Shown here in pieces: positions 50,689 through 59,858 of a stretch of DNA of 64,000 nt (the first letter of the stretch is position 1; each line of letters starts with the position of its first letter). The DNA comes from Methanomassiliicoccaceae archaeon (lineage in GTDB: Archaea > Thermoplasmatota > Thermoplasmata > Methanomassiliicoccales > Methanomassiliicoccaceae): contig JAXGZN010000001.1 in assembly GCA_040776945.1 (NCBI GenBank), positions 192,001-256,000 of the forward strand, written 5' to 3'. The notes beneath the pieces were generated by a model. It was not told the DNA's origin. It saw only the letters and a list, made by a program, of their open reading frames with translations, and did no database searches. The translations under genes and the position numbers were made by a program.

Positions 50689-51087
50689 TTCAGCTCCCTC
50701 ATCGTCTTCACCATCTCATCATCTACGCCCTCATTAAGGATCGCTTGATCTGAGCAGGGTCAGCGATCGTGCCGCGGAACCCCTTTTTTCGGGCGATATC
50801 CTTTTTGCATATGGTTCAGCATATATGCAACTTGCTGGCACTATCGCAGAACGGCGATGTCTTGCCCTGCGGGACCTGTTCAGATCATGACCTCCAAGGC
50901 GGCAGGACCAGGAGGCCATGCATTGCTCTTATCATGAAGATCGATCGCCTATGGCACGGTTGAGATGGAGGGTGAGGAGCCAGAGACCATTTGGACAACG
51001 AACATCTCCTCGAATTGCATATTTCCCTCAACGAAGAGAGGGCGCATATGGAGGAAAGGCAAAAATCGACTTGACCAGATTAAGGAG

Positions 51088-51259
51088 TGGGGGCACTGGG
51101 ATTTGAACCCAGATCAGCGGGTTTCCACCGGACAGGGAGCGACCCTGTCGGAATCGTACGGGTCAACGCTCCAGTCAATCATCACTGGTCAGCAAACCCG
51201 TTCTCTTTCATTCCCGTATAACTGGAGCCCGCGAGGATACCGAACTACCCCATACCCCC
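51088..51259 (-). tRNA. tRNA-Trp(CCA) with 89-nt canonical intron (51123-51211) carrying a box C/D guide
   Basis: GGGGGTA/TGCCCCC acceptor, GCGGG-CTCCAG|A-CCCGC; the intron has CTGA, GTGATGA and GACTGGAGC complementary to its own anticodon loop. Confidence 0.93.
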
Positions 51260-51270
51260 ACTGTTCAGCA

Positions 51271-51378
51271 TTATACCTTGCGCATCTTCTGCGCGCGCTT
51301 GCGGCGCCTCATCTTCTTCTTGCGCCACTTCCATCTTTGATTGCCTCGCTTCTTCCAAGCGCGTGAGCTTCTCTTCAT
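51271..51378 (-). CDS. rpl41e: Ribosomal protein L41e-like
   Basis: MKRSSRAWKKRGNQRWKWRKKKMRRRKRAQKMRKV; KWRKK.MRR motif; GAGGAG RBS. Confidence 0.85.
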   Translation of the reverse strand: MKRSSRAWKKRGNQRWKWRKKKMRRRKRAQKMRKV

Positions 51379-51445
51379 CAGTACTCCTCAGTGCTATATT
51401 CTTGCCCTGAATCATCGGGCCCATATGAAGGTTTGGATTGGGAAA

Positions 51446-51565
51446 TGGCGGGCTCGTCGGGAATTTCGCCTTCTCCAGAAGGTTTCGAACCCGAGACCAC
51501 TGACTTGCTTCCATGGCAGGCCACGGTAGAAGGCCAGTGCTATATCCAGGCTAAGCCACGAGCCC
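51446..51565 (-). tRNA. tRNA-Arg(UCU) with two introns (37/38 at 51506-51526; 59/60 at 51463-51483) and encoded CCA
   Basis: GGGCTCG/CGAGCCC acceptor followed by GCCA; removing two 21-nt BHB introns restores CTGGC-CTTCTAA-GTCAG and TCGGG-TTCGAAT-CCCGA. Confidence 0.9.
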
Positions 51566-51715
51566 GTAAACCCTCGATAGGGCTTTTGCAATAAAAGGTT
51601 TGGCCCACTGCCATGAGCACACACGCGGACCGAATTTGGCCTGGGCCCCCGCCATCGCCCTGGCCGCAACAAATAATGATATTGGCTTGAACGGCCTTTC
51701 CAGCCCGAAGATCAT

Positions 51716-52279
51716 ATGGATGTGAGCGACGCTGTTCAGCACCGGAGGGCCTTGCGGACGTTCGACCCCCGGCCAGTGGAGGAGGAGAAGGTCCGTGCCA
51801 TGATCGAGGCCATGCGATTGGCGCCGAGCTGCAATAATAACCAACCCTGGAGGCTGGTGGTCTGCTCAGGGAGCGTCCTGAGCAAGGTGAAGGAGTGCCT
51901 GAACCGGGGCAATGTCTGGGCTACCGCGGCGCCGCTGATAATGGTCCTTGCCGCCAAGCCGTCAGATGATTGCCGGCTGAACGAAGGCCGCGACTACTAT
52001 CTGTTCGGTTGCGGCATGGCCGTCGGCCAGATGCTCCTCCAGGCCACCGAGTTGGGGCTGACCGCGCATCCCATCGCGGGGTACGATCCGGTCATGGCCA
52101 GAGTAGTTTTAGGCATACCGAACGACTATGTGGTCATCGCGTTCATCATCTGTGGTTACCCCGGCGAGGACGACAGCCTCCTATCGGACAGGCAGAAGGT
52201 ACAGCAATTGCTGCGACCGGAGAGGCGACCGATCGGGCACGATTTCTTCCTGGATGCCTGGGGCCGCCCCATATCGTGA
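51716..52279 (+). CDS. Nitroreductase family protein
   Basis: RRALR.F, APSCNNNQPW and LQATELGL motifs. Confidence 0.92.
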   Translation: MDVSDAVQHRRALRTFDPRPVEEEKVRAMIEAMRLAPSCNNNQPWRLVVCSGSVLSKVKECLNRGNVWATAAPLIMVLAAKPSDDCRLNEGRDYYLFGCGMAVGQMLLQATELGLTAHPIAGYDPVMARVVLGIPNDYVVIAFIICGYPGEDDSLLSDRQKVQQLLRPERRPIGHDFFLDAWGRPIS

Positions 52280-52298
52280 TTGTGCGAAGCGGGGGAGG

Positions 52299-53189
52299 TC
52301 ACAGCCCGAGCAGTCGCCGCATGTTCCCACCCAGCACCTTGGCCTTGGTATCTTCGTCAGCCCACGGCCGATCCCTGACAAAGTTCAGCCACATCTCCGA
52401 TGGGTAGGATAGGTCGAACAGCGGGAAATCGGTCCCGAAGGAGGCGCGGTCGGGAACCTTCTCCGCCACCTCCTTGAGCCGGGACATGCAGGTGTCGGGA
52501 TCGGAGGGCAGCCATCCCTGGAGGGCGGAGATGTCCGTGAAGCAGTTCGAATGCTTAGCACATAGCTCATAGGTCTCAGAACGATACTTCCCGCCGATAT
52601 GGGCAATGACCACCCGGAGGTCTGGATAGCGGTGCAGTACCTCATCGTAGAACGATGGCCTGGTGTATTTCTCGTCCAAAGGTCCCCAGGCCGCGCCGCC
52701 ATGGGTGATCACCACGAGCCCTAGGTCATCGGCATGCTCCCAGAACCTCTGAACCCGTTCCTCGTTGGGGTACCAACCGGTGGCTGGATATACCTTGATC
52801 CCGGGAGCATCGTACTTCTTCACAAACTTCTCCATGATGCTGATGGCCCGGTCCCCTCGCTGAGGATCGATGCCCACGAACGGAATGATGCGGTCTCGGT
52901 AAGGGGCCGCGCCCTCGAAGGCCCAAATATTGTACTGTTCGATGTCCACCCTTGCCTGGTCCACGAGGTTGTAATCGATGGGCAGCACCACCGCTCGGTC
53001 CACTTTGCCGGCGGACATCATCTCCAGCACCTTGTTGACGTCCACGCCATATTCAGGCCATACTTCCTCGGCGTCGACCTCCCAGTCGAAGAGGTCCTTG
53101 AGGGCGTTCAGCGGTTCCAGATAGGCCCGCACCATGGAATCGGGGAGGTGCTCCCTCATCCATATGTGAACATGGCTGTCGATTATCAT
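52299..53189 (-). CDS. Amidohydrolase (Amidohydro_2 family)
   Basis: IIDSHVH, GIKVYP, THGG, AHIGG and FGTDFP motifs. Confidence 0.9.
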   Translation of the reverse strand: MIIDSHVHIWMREHLPDSMVRAYLEPLNALKDLFDWEVDAEEVWPEYGVDVNKVLEMMSAGKVDRAVVLPIDYNLVDQARVDIEQYNIWAFEGAAPYRDRIIPFVGIDPQRGDRAISIMEKFVKKYDAPGIKVYPATGWYPNEERVQRFWEHADDLGLVVITHGGAAWGPLDEKYTRPSFYDEVLHRYPDLRVVIAHIGGKYRSETYELCAKHSNCFTDISALQGWLPSDPDTCMSRLKEVAEKVPDRASFGTDFPLFDLSYPSEMWLNFVRDRPWADEDTKAKVLGGNMRRLLGL

Positions 53190-53280
53190 CGCCTGTGCAT
53201 TCACCGTCGACCATTTAACGGTGTCTAGCCATACCGCTTGATTAATTATCCTCGGCCTCGATAGCGTTTCATGTGATGCA

Positions 53281-53598
53281 ATGAAGATGATTGTCCGCTT
53301 GACCTCCGAACTTCCGCCTGGCAAGATGACCACTGTGGACGTCCTGGGGCGGACGCTGCTAGTGGCCAATGTCGATGGTGCCTTCTTCGCGATGGACGGA
53401 ATATGCTCTCATGGCTTCGCCGACCTGTCCCGCGGACGACTGGACGGCTTCATGGTCGAGTGCCCAAGGCATTTCGCCCGCTACGATGTACGCGACGGCA
53501 AGCTCGTGCGCCGCCCTGTTGATGCCGAGGGACATGCCTTTGACCTCCGCTCCTATCCTGTCACCGTGGACAAGGACCGCATCATTGTGGACATATAG
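53281..53598 (+). CDS. Rieske-type [2Fe-2S] ferredoxin
   Basis: CSH...L..G......ECPRH...YDV..G. Confidence 0.9.
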   Translation: MKMIVRLTSELPPGKMTTVDVLGRTLLVANVDGAFFAMDGICSHGFADLSRGRLDGFMVECPRHFARYDVRDGKLVRRPVDAEGHAFDLRSYPVTVDKDRIIVDI

Positions 53599-53637
53599 CA
53601 CGAAAACAGCTTATTGCCCAAGCCCCTTATCTAAGGC

Positions 53638-55182
53638 ATGTCCTTTCGCGAGGTTTCAATCCAGCGGGCCGCCGACGCCGACATCCTGGCCTCGCTGCAG
53701 GGCCTGTACCCGGTATCATGCGGTGATTCCATACGCCTCCTGTCGAGAAAGAGGATAATGGGCCTCATCGAAGAGGGGAGGCATGGCGGGAGCCCCGGAG
53801 ACGTTTCCCATTTGCTGAAGGCGCTGGAGTTCAACGGCGAGGCGGTCTTCCGCAACAGCTTCTCCCAGATGGCCTCAAGGAGCGTGGCCCTGCGTACCTC
53901 GACCATGTTCCGAATGTTGGAGGTCATGTCAAGAACCGGCGAAAGCCGAGACGATCTGATGCGCCGCCTCCTGGCGCCCCTGATATCCGATCTCCTCGAG
54001 GACCTGGCCGAGGACATCGACGAGGAGAAGAGGGAGCTTCTGCAGCTCTCACTGGAAGATTGGAAAAGCAAACGGATAGGCCAGGACGAGGTGGAAGCTG
54101 ATGATCTGGCGGGATCGTTCGAGGGCATCCCCTCGCCGCCCGTCCTGCGGATCAGGCTTGGCAGGAACGACCTGCCCGGGGAGCTGATGAAGTCCTCGAG
54201 GTACTTCTTGAAGAACCTGTTCCGATTGAACAACGTCCATGGGATGAACGAGTTCTACCATCCTCCCGAGGTCATCGAGAACTATTGGGAGGTTGTATCG
54301 CCGGAGCAGGGCGTGTTTCATCTCGAGATCTCCCCCGCCACGAAGAGCATCACCATCGGCCTGTACCGCACCTCCAGGTCCTTCGGCCTGATGAGGACGG
54401 AAAACCCCGATTACTATGACATGGCGGAGTTCCTTATCAGTGAGAAGCGCGCCCCCAACATTAAGGGCTGCCGTGTCGAGGTCCACGGAGCGACCGCCGC
54501 CGATGAGATCGTACTGCAGGAGGCCCTTAGCATAGATTCCATGCTGGTTGAGGACCCTTTGGCCGCCGGAGCGGCCGCCACCGTGCCCCGACCTATGAGC
54601 CCAGAGGGCCTCTCGGCCTTCCGCAACACGCTGATGCGGTTGACCGGGATAAGGTCGGAGGTGCGCTTCCCGGTGAACCTCCAGGACCCCTTTTGCGGTG
54701 ACCAGGACTTCTCCATTATAGGCTTCGATATCCGACTGGACCCCGACGTCGGCCGATTCATCATCGATGACGTGCCGGTACTGGAGGCTAACCTGAGCGG
54801 AGTAGGCCTGGCCTTCGCCTCGAGGCTCCTTGGACTGTCCAGACAGGTGTACCGCGACCCTCCCCGCTTCCCACAACCGGACCTCGATCTTCTTGATGCC
54901 GAGGTCCATGCTCTAATGGCCAAAGCGGAGCGCGAGGAGCTCACCGACGACCTGGCCCGGGAGATCGTGGCCAAGATAACCGTTCTGGACTACTATGAGT
55001 CGCTGGCCAGATACAGCTATGCCCTGGGCGAACAGCTGGTGCAGGTGCTCACAGGAAGGCAGAAGGTCACCTTCACCATCCCCCGAATCCTCCTTGCGCT
55101 CCTCAACGCTGCCATTGGGCCTGATGACCTGGAAGAGATGGTCCTCTTGGCCTTGAACGACAGGAGGGATGGGCCCCGGTGA
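53638..55182 (+). CDS. Hypothetical 514-aa protein
   Basis: Long clean ORF with coding-like bias, GTGA overlap with the next gene; no motif recognised. Confidence 0.75.
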   Translation: MSFREVSIQRAADADILASLQGLYPVSCGDSIRLLSRKRIMGLIEEGRHGGSPGDVSHLLKALEFNGEAVFRNSFSQMASRSVALRTSTMFRMLEVMSRTGESRDDLMRRLLAPLISDLLEDLAEDIDEEKRELLQLSLEDWKSKRIGQDEVEADDLAGSFEGIPSPPVLRIRLGRNDLPGELMKSSRYFLKNLFRLNNVHGMNEFYHPPEVIENYWEVVSPEQGVFHLEISPATKSITIGLYRTSRSFGLMRTENPDYYDMAEFLISEKRAPNIKGCRVEVHGATAADEIVLQEALSIDSMLVEDPLAAGAAATVPRPMSPEGLSAFRNTLMRLTGIRSEVRFPVNLQDPFCGDQDFSIIGFDIRLDPDVGRFIIDDVPVLEANLSGVGLAFASRLLGLSRQVYRDPPRFPQPDLDLLDAEVHALMAKAEREELTDDLAREIVAKITVLDYYESLARYSYALGEQLVQVLTGRQKVTFTIPRILLALLNAAIGPDDLEEMVLLALNDRRDGPR

Positions 55183-55943
55183 CCACGGTAGGCATCTACG
55201 TGGACGGACCTAACATGGAACGGGGACTCTATACATCGGGCGACCTCGCCATCCTTGAACGTATAGGGAGCCTTCTAATGGAACATGCCCAGACCATTGG
55301 CGAGGTCATCGAGGCGAAGGTCTTCCTGGACGAGGCCACGATGTGGAGGTCGCAGAAGACCCGCGAGGACTATGAGTTGAACGGCTTCTATTTCCAGGAG
55401 AGCAAATCCTTCAAACGGGTGGATAGCAGGACCGGGGCCTTCTCCTTCGGCAAGAGCCTGACCGACCCTTCCATGCACTGCGCCCTGGTCGATAGGCTCC
55501 ATGACCCCGACTGCCCTGACGTGATGATGCTGGTCACTGGGGACAAGGACATCACCGTTGTGCTGGACTACATACACGACCATGAGAAGCGGGCGGAGAT
55601 CGTCGGCGAGGCAAATTCCCTCTCCGCGTTCTTGGTGTCCAAGTGCGAGTCCATGGGGTTCGGCTGCCATGTCCTGCAGTTGCTAGCCCGGGGGAGCAAA
55701 CTGATGAGAGGGCAGCCAGCTGCGCAGGCGAGGGTCGATCCCCGGAAGTGCACCGGACTGAGGGTGACCGACGAATCTGGAAAGCAGGTGAGCACCCAGC
55801 TTTTCATGGAATACCGGAACGAGCGCTCAAACCAGAAGAACCCCAACAACATCGCCTACTGGCGGGCCCGGGGATATCGCGAGCGGCCTCCGGACTGGGA
55901 AGAAAGGCTGAAAAGGGAGAAAAGGAAACTGGCCGTTAAGTGA
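55179..55943 (+). CDS. NYN (LabA/DUF88, PIN-like) domain protein with C-terminal extension
   Basis: IYVDGPN, K..TD and LVTGDKD PIN/NYN acidic motifs. Confidence 0.8.
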   Translation: MTTVGIYVDGPNMERGLYTSGDLAILERIGSLLMEHAQTIGEVIEAKVFLDEATMWRSQKTREDYELNGFYFQESKSFKRVDSRTGAFSFGKSLTDPSMHCALVDRLHDPDCPDVMMLVTGDKDITVVLDYIHDHEKRAEIVGEANSLSAFLVSKCESMGFGCHVLQLLARGSKLMRGQPAAQARVDPRKCTGLRVTDESGKQVSTQLFMEYRNERSNQKNPNNIAYWRARGYRERPPDWEERLKREKRKLAVK

Positions 55944-56010
55944 TCGCTGCGCTCCGGCCTCGACAGACCTCATATGGTCCTGCCTCCAGAGAGGGTTCGA
56001 GGGATCTAAG

Positions 56011-56311
56011 ATGACCGCGGAAGGCGTTCTCCTCTCAATGTCCGTGTTGGACGTCAAGAGGGGAAGGGGAGGATGGGTTCGTGGATGCCTGGAGTTTGTT
56101 CGAGGAGTGGACCAGGACGACCTGCAGAGGCACGCTAGGTGCTAGCCCGTTGAAAGAGCGGACGTTCTCGCAGCGCTTTGTGACCGCCGGGCAATGGGGG
56201 GACGTGGGGATTCATGAAGTGGTGGGGAGAGAGGAGTTCGAAGGGTTCATGGGCCTGGCAAGAAAGCTGAGCGCTGACATCCGGCAGACGACCTTGGAAT
56301 CCATGACATAG
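56011..56311 (+). pseudogene. Frameshifted ABM (antibiotic biosynthesis monooxygenase)-like small protein
   Basis: MTAEGVLLSMSVLDVKRGR then an extra G in GGAAGGGGAGG, continuing EDGFVDAW..F.EWT....G...RFVT.G.W. Confidence 0.55.
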
Positions 56312-56376
56312 GTCCCTGCCCTCGAGGCACCGGCCGGCCGATAAGGCCACGGCAGGAGAGCGATATTGGGGCAGAT

Positions 56377-57870
56377 TCACGGTTCTGGCGGGGGGTCTGG
56401 TGGGGGCTCGGGCCCTCGCACGGTGAAGATGGTCCCTCCGATGCTTCCGGAGGGCTCCGGCGATAGCGCCATGCCGGTGGACACGTCCTCTAGCCAGTAA
56501 TGTCCGTCGGCGGGCTGATATGCGCCGTTGTCCTCGCCTAGCTGCACCCTGACATGGACCTCGTGGGGACGGCCGTCATGTGTCCAAACGACGATGTATT
56601 CCCCAAGGCTGTTCGCCGTTAGTAGCGTCTCGCTGCCGTCCGTTCCTATTAACCACACGCTCGAGGCGTGCGGGCATTTGAGCACCGAGCGGACCTCTCC
56701 GCGATACTGGTCGTAGCGGCAGGAGTCCGCGAAGGAAATATTGTAGATCTTGCCAGGAACGAACGGGTCCTCGATATCAGTGGCCATAACGGTATCGAAC
56801 ATGCCGTAGGCTCCGGTTGAACCGTATATGGAATAGCTCGTGGCCGCGACGTCCGATATCCTCGCCCCGCTCCCTGCATCATGCGCATACAAGCGCATCC
56901 CGTGCATCCCTAGCTTGAACGTGGTCACCGACAGCGTGACGTTATGATAGATGGACACACCATCATAATGCCAGGTCCAGTTGCCGCCTGCCCTCGCAGG
57001 TTCATCTACTAGTACGCCATAGCAGCCCGCTGCGCCGTCCGAGATCAAAGGCACTGTTATCGACGGTCCGCTCTCGAATGAAGCTTGGACGATCACCTGG
57101 CCAGGAACGAGGTCTGGGAACTGGACGAACACGGCGATGTCGGCAGCGTCCCCGGCCCGGGTCACCTTGGCGATCACCTTGCCTGGGACCGGCTCACCAA
57201 AGAGAGGCGGGCCGCCATCGAAATATGCTGGCCTCAGGGGCAGCGTCTCATCGATCCTCAAGGAGACCACGGGGGCGGCCCTGACAGGGACCTCTGGGTC
57301 GGGTGTTGGCGGCTCAGGGGTCGGCGTCTCTTCCTTAGGTCCTGGGAGCGGCGTCTCTTCCTTAGGTCCTGGGAGCGGCTCCTCCGGTGCTTCTTCAACC
57401 TTAGGCGGGTCCGGTAGGTGTTGGCCTTGGGATGCGATCGGCATGATGGCCCTTAGGTAATGCTCTCCCCGCACCAGGTCGATGACGAATATCTCGATAT
57501 CGTCAAGCTCCTCGAACACTACAAGGAAGCTCCCGGTGGAGCCAGGGGCTACCGCGTCGGGACCGCGGCAGGAGGCATTGATCCGGGCCATCGTGGTCAG
57601 GGTGACGAACGCCCTCATGTCCTTGATGCTGATCGACGACCCCCGATGGTTTGTAACGTTCATCGGCACCTCGTAGCCTGTCGCCGTTCTCACCGCCAGG
57701 CCAGTTATCACTACGTCCACACCATCCATGGCCACAGCATCATTGGTGAGCGGAGCTGACGATGTTCTGGTCTCCGGTGTCCCGTAGACCATGGCCGCAG
57801 AGAGCACGATAAGCAATACCAGGCTGCTCACTACGAGTACCCTGACCTCATGTTTTCTGATCGTTCCCAT
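56377..57870 (-). CDS. Exported/surface protein with Pro-rich linker
   Basis: N-terminal TM, PLPGPKEET repeats, Pro-rich C-terminus. Confidence 0.7.
   Translation of the reverse strand: MGTIRKHEVRVLVVSSLVLLIVLSAAMVYGTPETRTSSAPLTNDAVAMDGVDVVITGLAVRTATGYEVPMNVTNHRGSSISIKDMRAFVTLTTMARINASCRGPDAVAPGSTGSFLVVFEELDDIEIFVIDLVRGEHYLRAIMPIASQGQHLPDPPKVEEAPEEPLPGPKEETPLPGPKEETPTPEPPTPDPEVPVRAAPVVSLRIDETLPLRPAYFDGGPPLFGEPVPGKVIAKVTRAGDAADIAVFVQFPDLVPGQVIVQASFESGPSITVPLISDGAAGCYGVLVDEPARAGGNWTWHYDGVSIYHNVTLSVTTFKLGMHGMRLYAHDAGSGARISDVAATSYSIYGSTGAYGMFDTVMATDIEDPFVPGKIYNISFADSCRYDQYRGEVRSVLKCPHASSVWLIGTDGSETLLTANSLGEYIVVWTHDGRPHEVHVRVQLGEDNGAYQPADGHYWLEDVSTGMALSPEPSGSIGGTIFTVRGPEPPPDPPPEP
57323..57380. 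repeat. 27-bp tandem repeat (about 2 copies) inside the surface protein
   Basis: cggcgtctcttccttaggtcctgggag repeated head-to-tail. Confidence 0.85.
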
Positions 57871-58016
57871 CCCTTCCTAGGTCCCGAGGTCGCTCCCGGG
57901 CGGATGGGAGAATGACCTGGGAATACAAATATCTAATTAGATAATGATAAGTATCGAGAAATAATATGCCCGGTCCGCATCAGCGATACGACAGGGCCAG
58001 TATAGGAAGATTGAGG

Positions 58017-58724
58017 ATGGACCGAGAGAAGAGGATGGAACGGGTCAGGGCTAACTTTGCAGCCGGGTCGAACGATTACGATGACCGCATCCGGAAGATC
58101 GTCCCCCGATACGACGAGATGCTTTGCGCACTGGTGGGGAGTGCGGCCTTAAAAGAAGGAGAGGCGCTCAGGGCTCTGGACATCGGATGCGGCACTGGTG
58201 CGGCGTCCTCTCTGCTGCTGAAGGCCCATCCGAAGATCGAACTTACTTGCTTGGACATGACCGAGAGCATGCTGGATCTGGCCAGAAGGAGACTGGCGGA
58301 CCAAGATGCGCGGTTCGTCCTTGCCGACGTCCATGATTTCGAGCCCGATGGCCCATATGATGCCGTGATATCTTCGCTGGCATTGCACCACGTGGTGACC
58401 GATGCGGACAAGAGAACGCTATATCGGAAGATCTTCAGCGCCCTCGCTCCAGGCGGCTCTTTCTACAACGCGGACATCGTGCTTGGTTCCGACGATTCCA
58501 TCCAGGAGATATACATGATGCGGTGGAAGGAGCATATGTACAGAAGCTTCTCGGCCGAGGAGGTCGACGTCGTCAATGTGCCCCGTTATCTTCGCGAGGA
58601 CAATCCTTCAAAGCTGATGGACCACCTTCGATGGCTCGAGGAGGCGGGATTTGAAGCGGTCGATGTGATATGGAAGCACTATAATTTCGCGGTGTACGGA
58701 GGAAAGAAGAGGGCAGTTCCATGA
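58017..58724 (+). CDS. Class I SAM-dependent methyltransferase (CmoA-like)
   Basis: LDIGCGTG, SSLALHH, L.PGG.F.NAD and LEEAGF motifs. Confidence 0.9.
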   Translation: MDREKRMERVRANFAAGSNDYDDRIRKIVPRYDEMLCALVGSAALKEGEALRALDIGCGTGAASSLLLKAHPKIELTCLDMTESMLDLARRRLADQDARFVLADVHDFEPDGPYDAVISSLALHHVVTDADKRTLYRKIFSALAPGGSFYNADIVLGSDDSIQEIYMMRWKEHMYRSFSAEEVDVVNVPRYLREDNPSKLMDHLRWLEEAGFEAVDVIWKHYNFAVYGGKKRAVP

Positions 58725-59117
58725 TCATTCGAGTCCCGAACGGCGGGGAGCGTCCGCAGCGGTCTCGGGAGCGTCCTCCTTCTCCGCCTCGAAGGTCAGG
58801 ACCGCCGACCCGTCAGGCGCGAGCATGGTGAGCGTTTCCCCGCCCTCCTCTACCCTGCTGACCATGTCCAGTGCCTGGAAGAAGGCGCTCTCAACGTGCA
58901 TGGAGCCCTCACAGTACATCAGGGTCGACCCCAGAGGACCGAACCTTATCTCCGAGCCGTCGAGGGAATATTTCCCGAAGAACCTATTGCATCCGCCCCT
59001 TCCGTACGCTCGATCATCGTTGCCAAGCACGATGTATGCGCCTGCATTCTCCACCCCTGCTATTCGTTCGCCATCAAGAACGATCGCCTGGAGACACCAT
59101 CTCCTGCCCCGAAGCAT
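58725..59117 (-). CDS. META-domain (HslJ-like) protein
   Basis: G.GGCNRFFG.Y and STLMYC.....E..F motifs; start approximate. Confidence 0.85.
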   Translation of the reverse strand: MLRGRRWCLQAIVLDGERIAGVENAGAYIVLGNDDRAYGRGGCNRFFGKYSLDGSEIRFGPLGSTLMYCEGSMHVESAFFQALDMVSRVEEGGETLTMLAPDGSAVLTFEAEKEDAPETAADAPRRSGLE

Positions 59118-59390
59118 GCTTGATCCCCTGTGACGAATCTGCATATAAGGAATATGAAATTTCACTTGATGCGGCATTGCATAGGGGGCTGAGGGTCGAA
59201 GCCTAGGGCGAACGTTGGAACATCAAGGACCGTGCCCGACCCTTGATCCCCTTACTGGCCATCGCCGGCAACGTGGAAGGAACGGGGCCTTGCTCATGGG
59301 CCAAGGGGTCTCGACATGGAAAAAAGAGGTTCGGATGCGGCAGGCCATGTGAGCTTTGCCAGTTAATGAAAAAAGAGGGATGCCGACCGT

Positions 59391-59744
59391 TCAGTGGCAT
59401 CCTCGGACGTGGTCCCGGTCCCTCTCTGCCGTAGCGACGCGGTCCTGGTTGGGGCAGGACGCGCTGCATTGGCAAGCGAGCCGGGGAGCGTGGTCGCAGG
59501 CCGCTGTCCTGTCCGCAGCCATTTCACAGGTTCCCCGATGCTCGTGACAATCGTTCGATGTGCATTCTCCGTTCCTATGGCCCATGCCATGCCCGTTCAA
59601 TGCATCCGTTCCACCATGGCCGTTCATGATGCCGAACCCGTCGCCGGCATGTCCGCCGCTCGCTACCGCTCCGCCCGCGAGGGCGATGGCCGCGACGGCG
59701 CAGACGGCCGCGACAAGCGCGGCGACCTTGATCGCTGTTCTCAT
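59391..59744 (-). CDS. Small secreted His/Gly/Cys-rich protein
   Basis: Signal peptide, then NGHG repeats and several Cys; GGAAGGTG RBS. Confidence 0.55.
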   Translation of the reverse strand: MRTAIKVAALVAAVCAVAAIALAGGAVASGGHAGDGFGIMNGHGGTDALNGHGMGHRNGECTSNDCHEHRGTCEMAADRTAACDHAPRLACQCSASCPNQDRVATAERDRDHVRGCH

Positions 59745-59858
59745 TTTCGTACACCTTCCGGGCCTTTGCCCAATGGGATTTTCAAGGGTGAAAGAGCATT
59801 TAGCTCTGTTCCTTGCAAGAGGTGAAAGGGGTGAAAGAGGTGGGTCTGGACCATCGAT

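Noticed and set aside
51446-51490. FMN riboswitch or tmRNA-like end (GGCGAAATTCCCGAC...CCA)
   Set aside because: Fully explained as the T-loop intron and 3' end of tRNA-Arg(UCU).
59819-59845. GGTGAAAG tandem repeat
   Set aside because: Only 2-3 short units; probably a pyrimidine-rich terminator-like tract on the minus strand.
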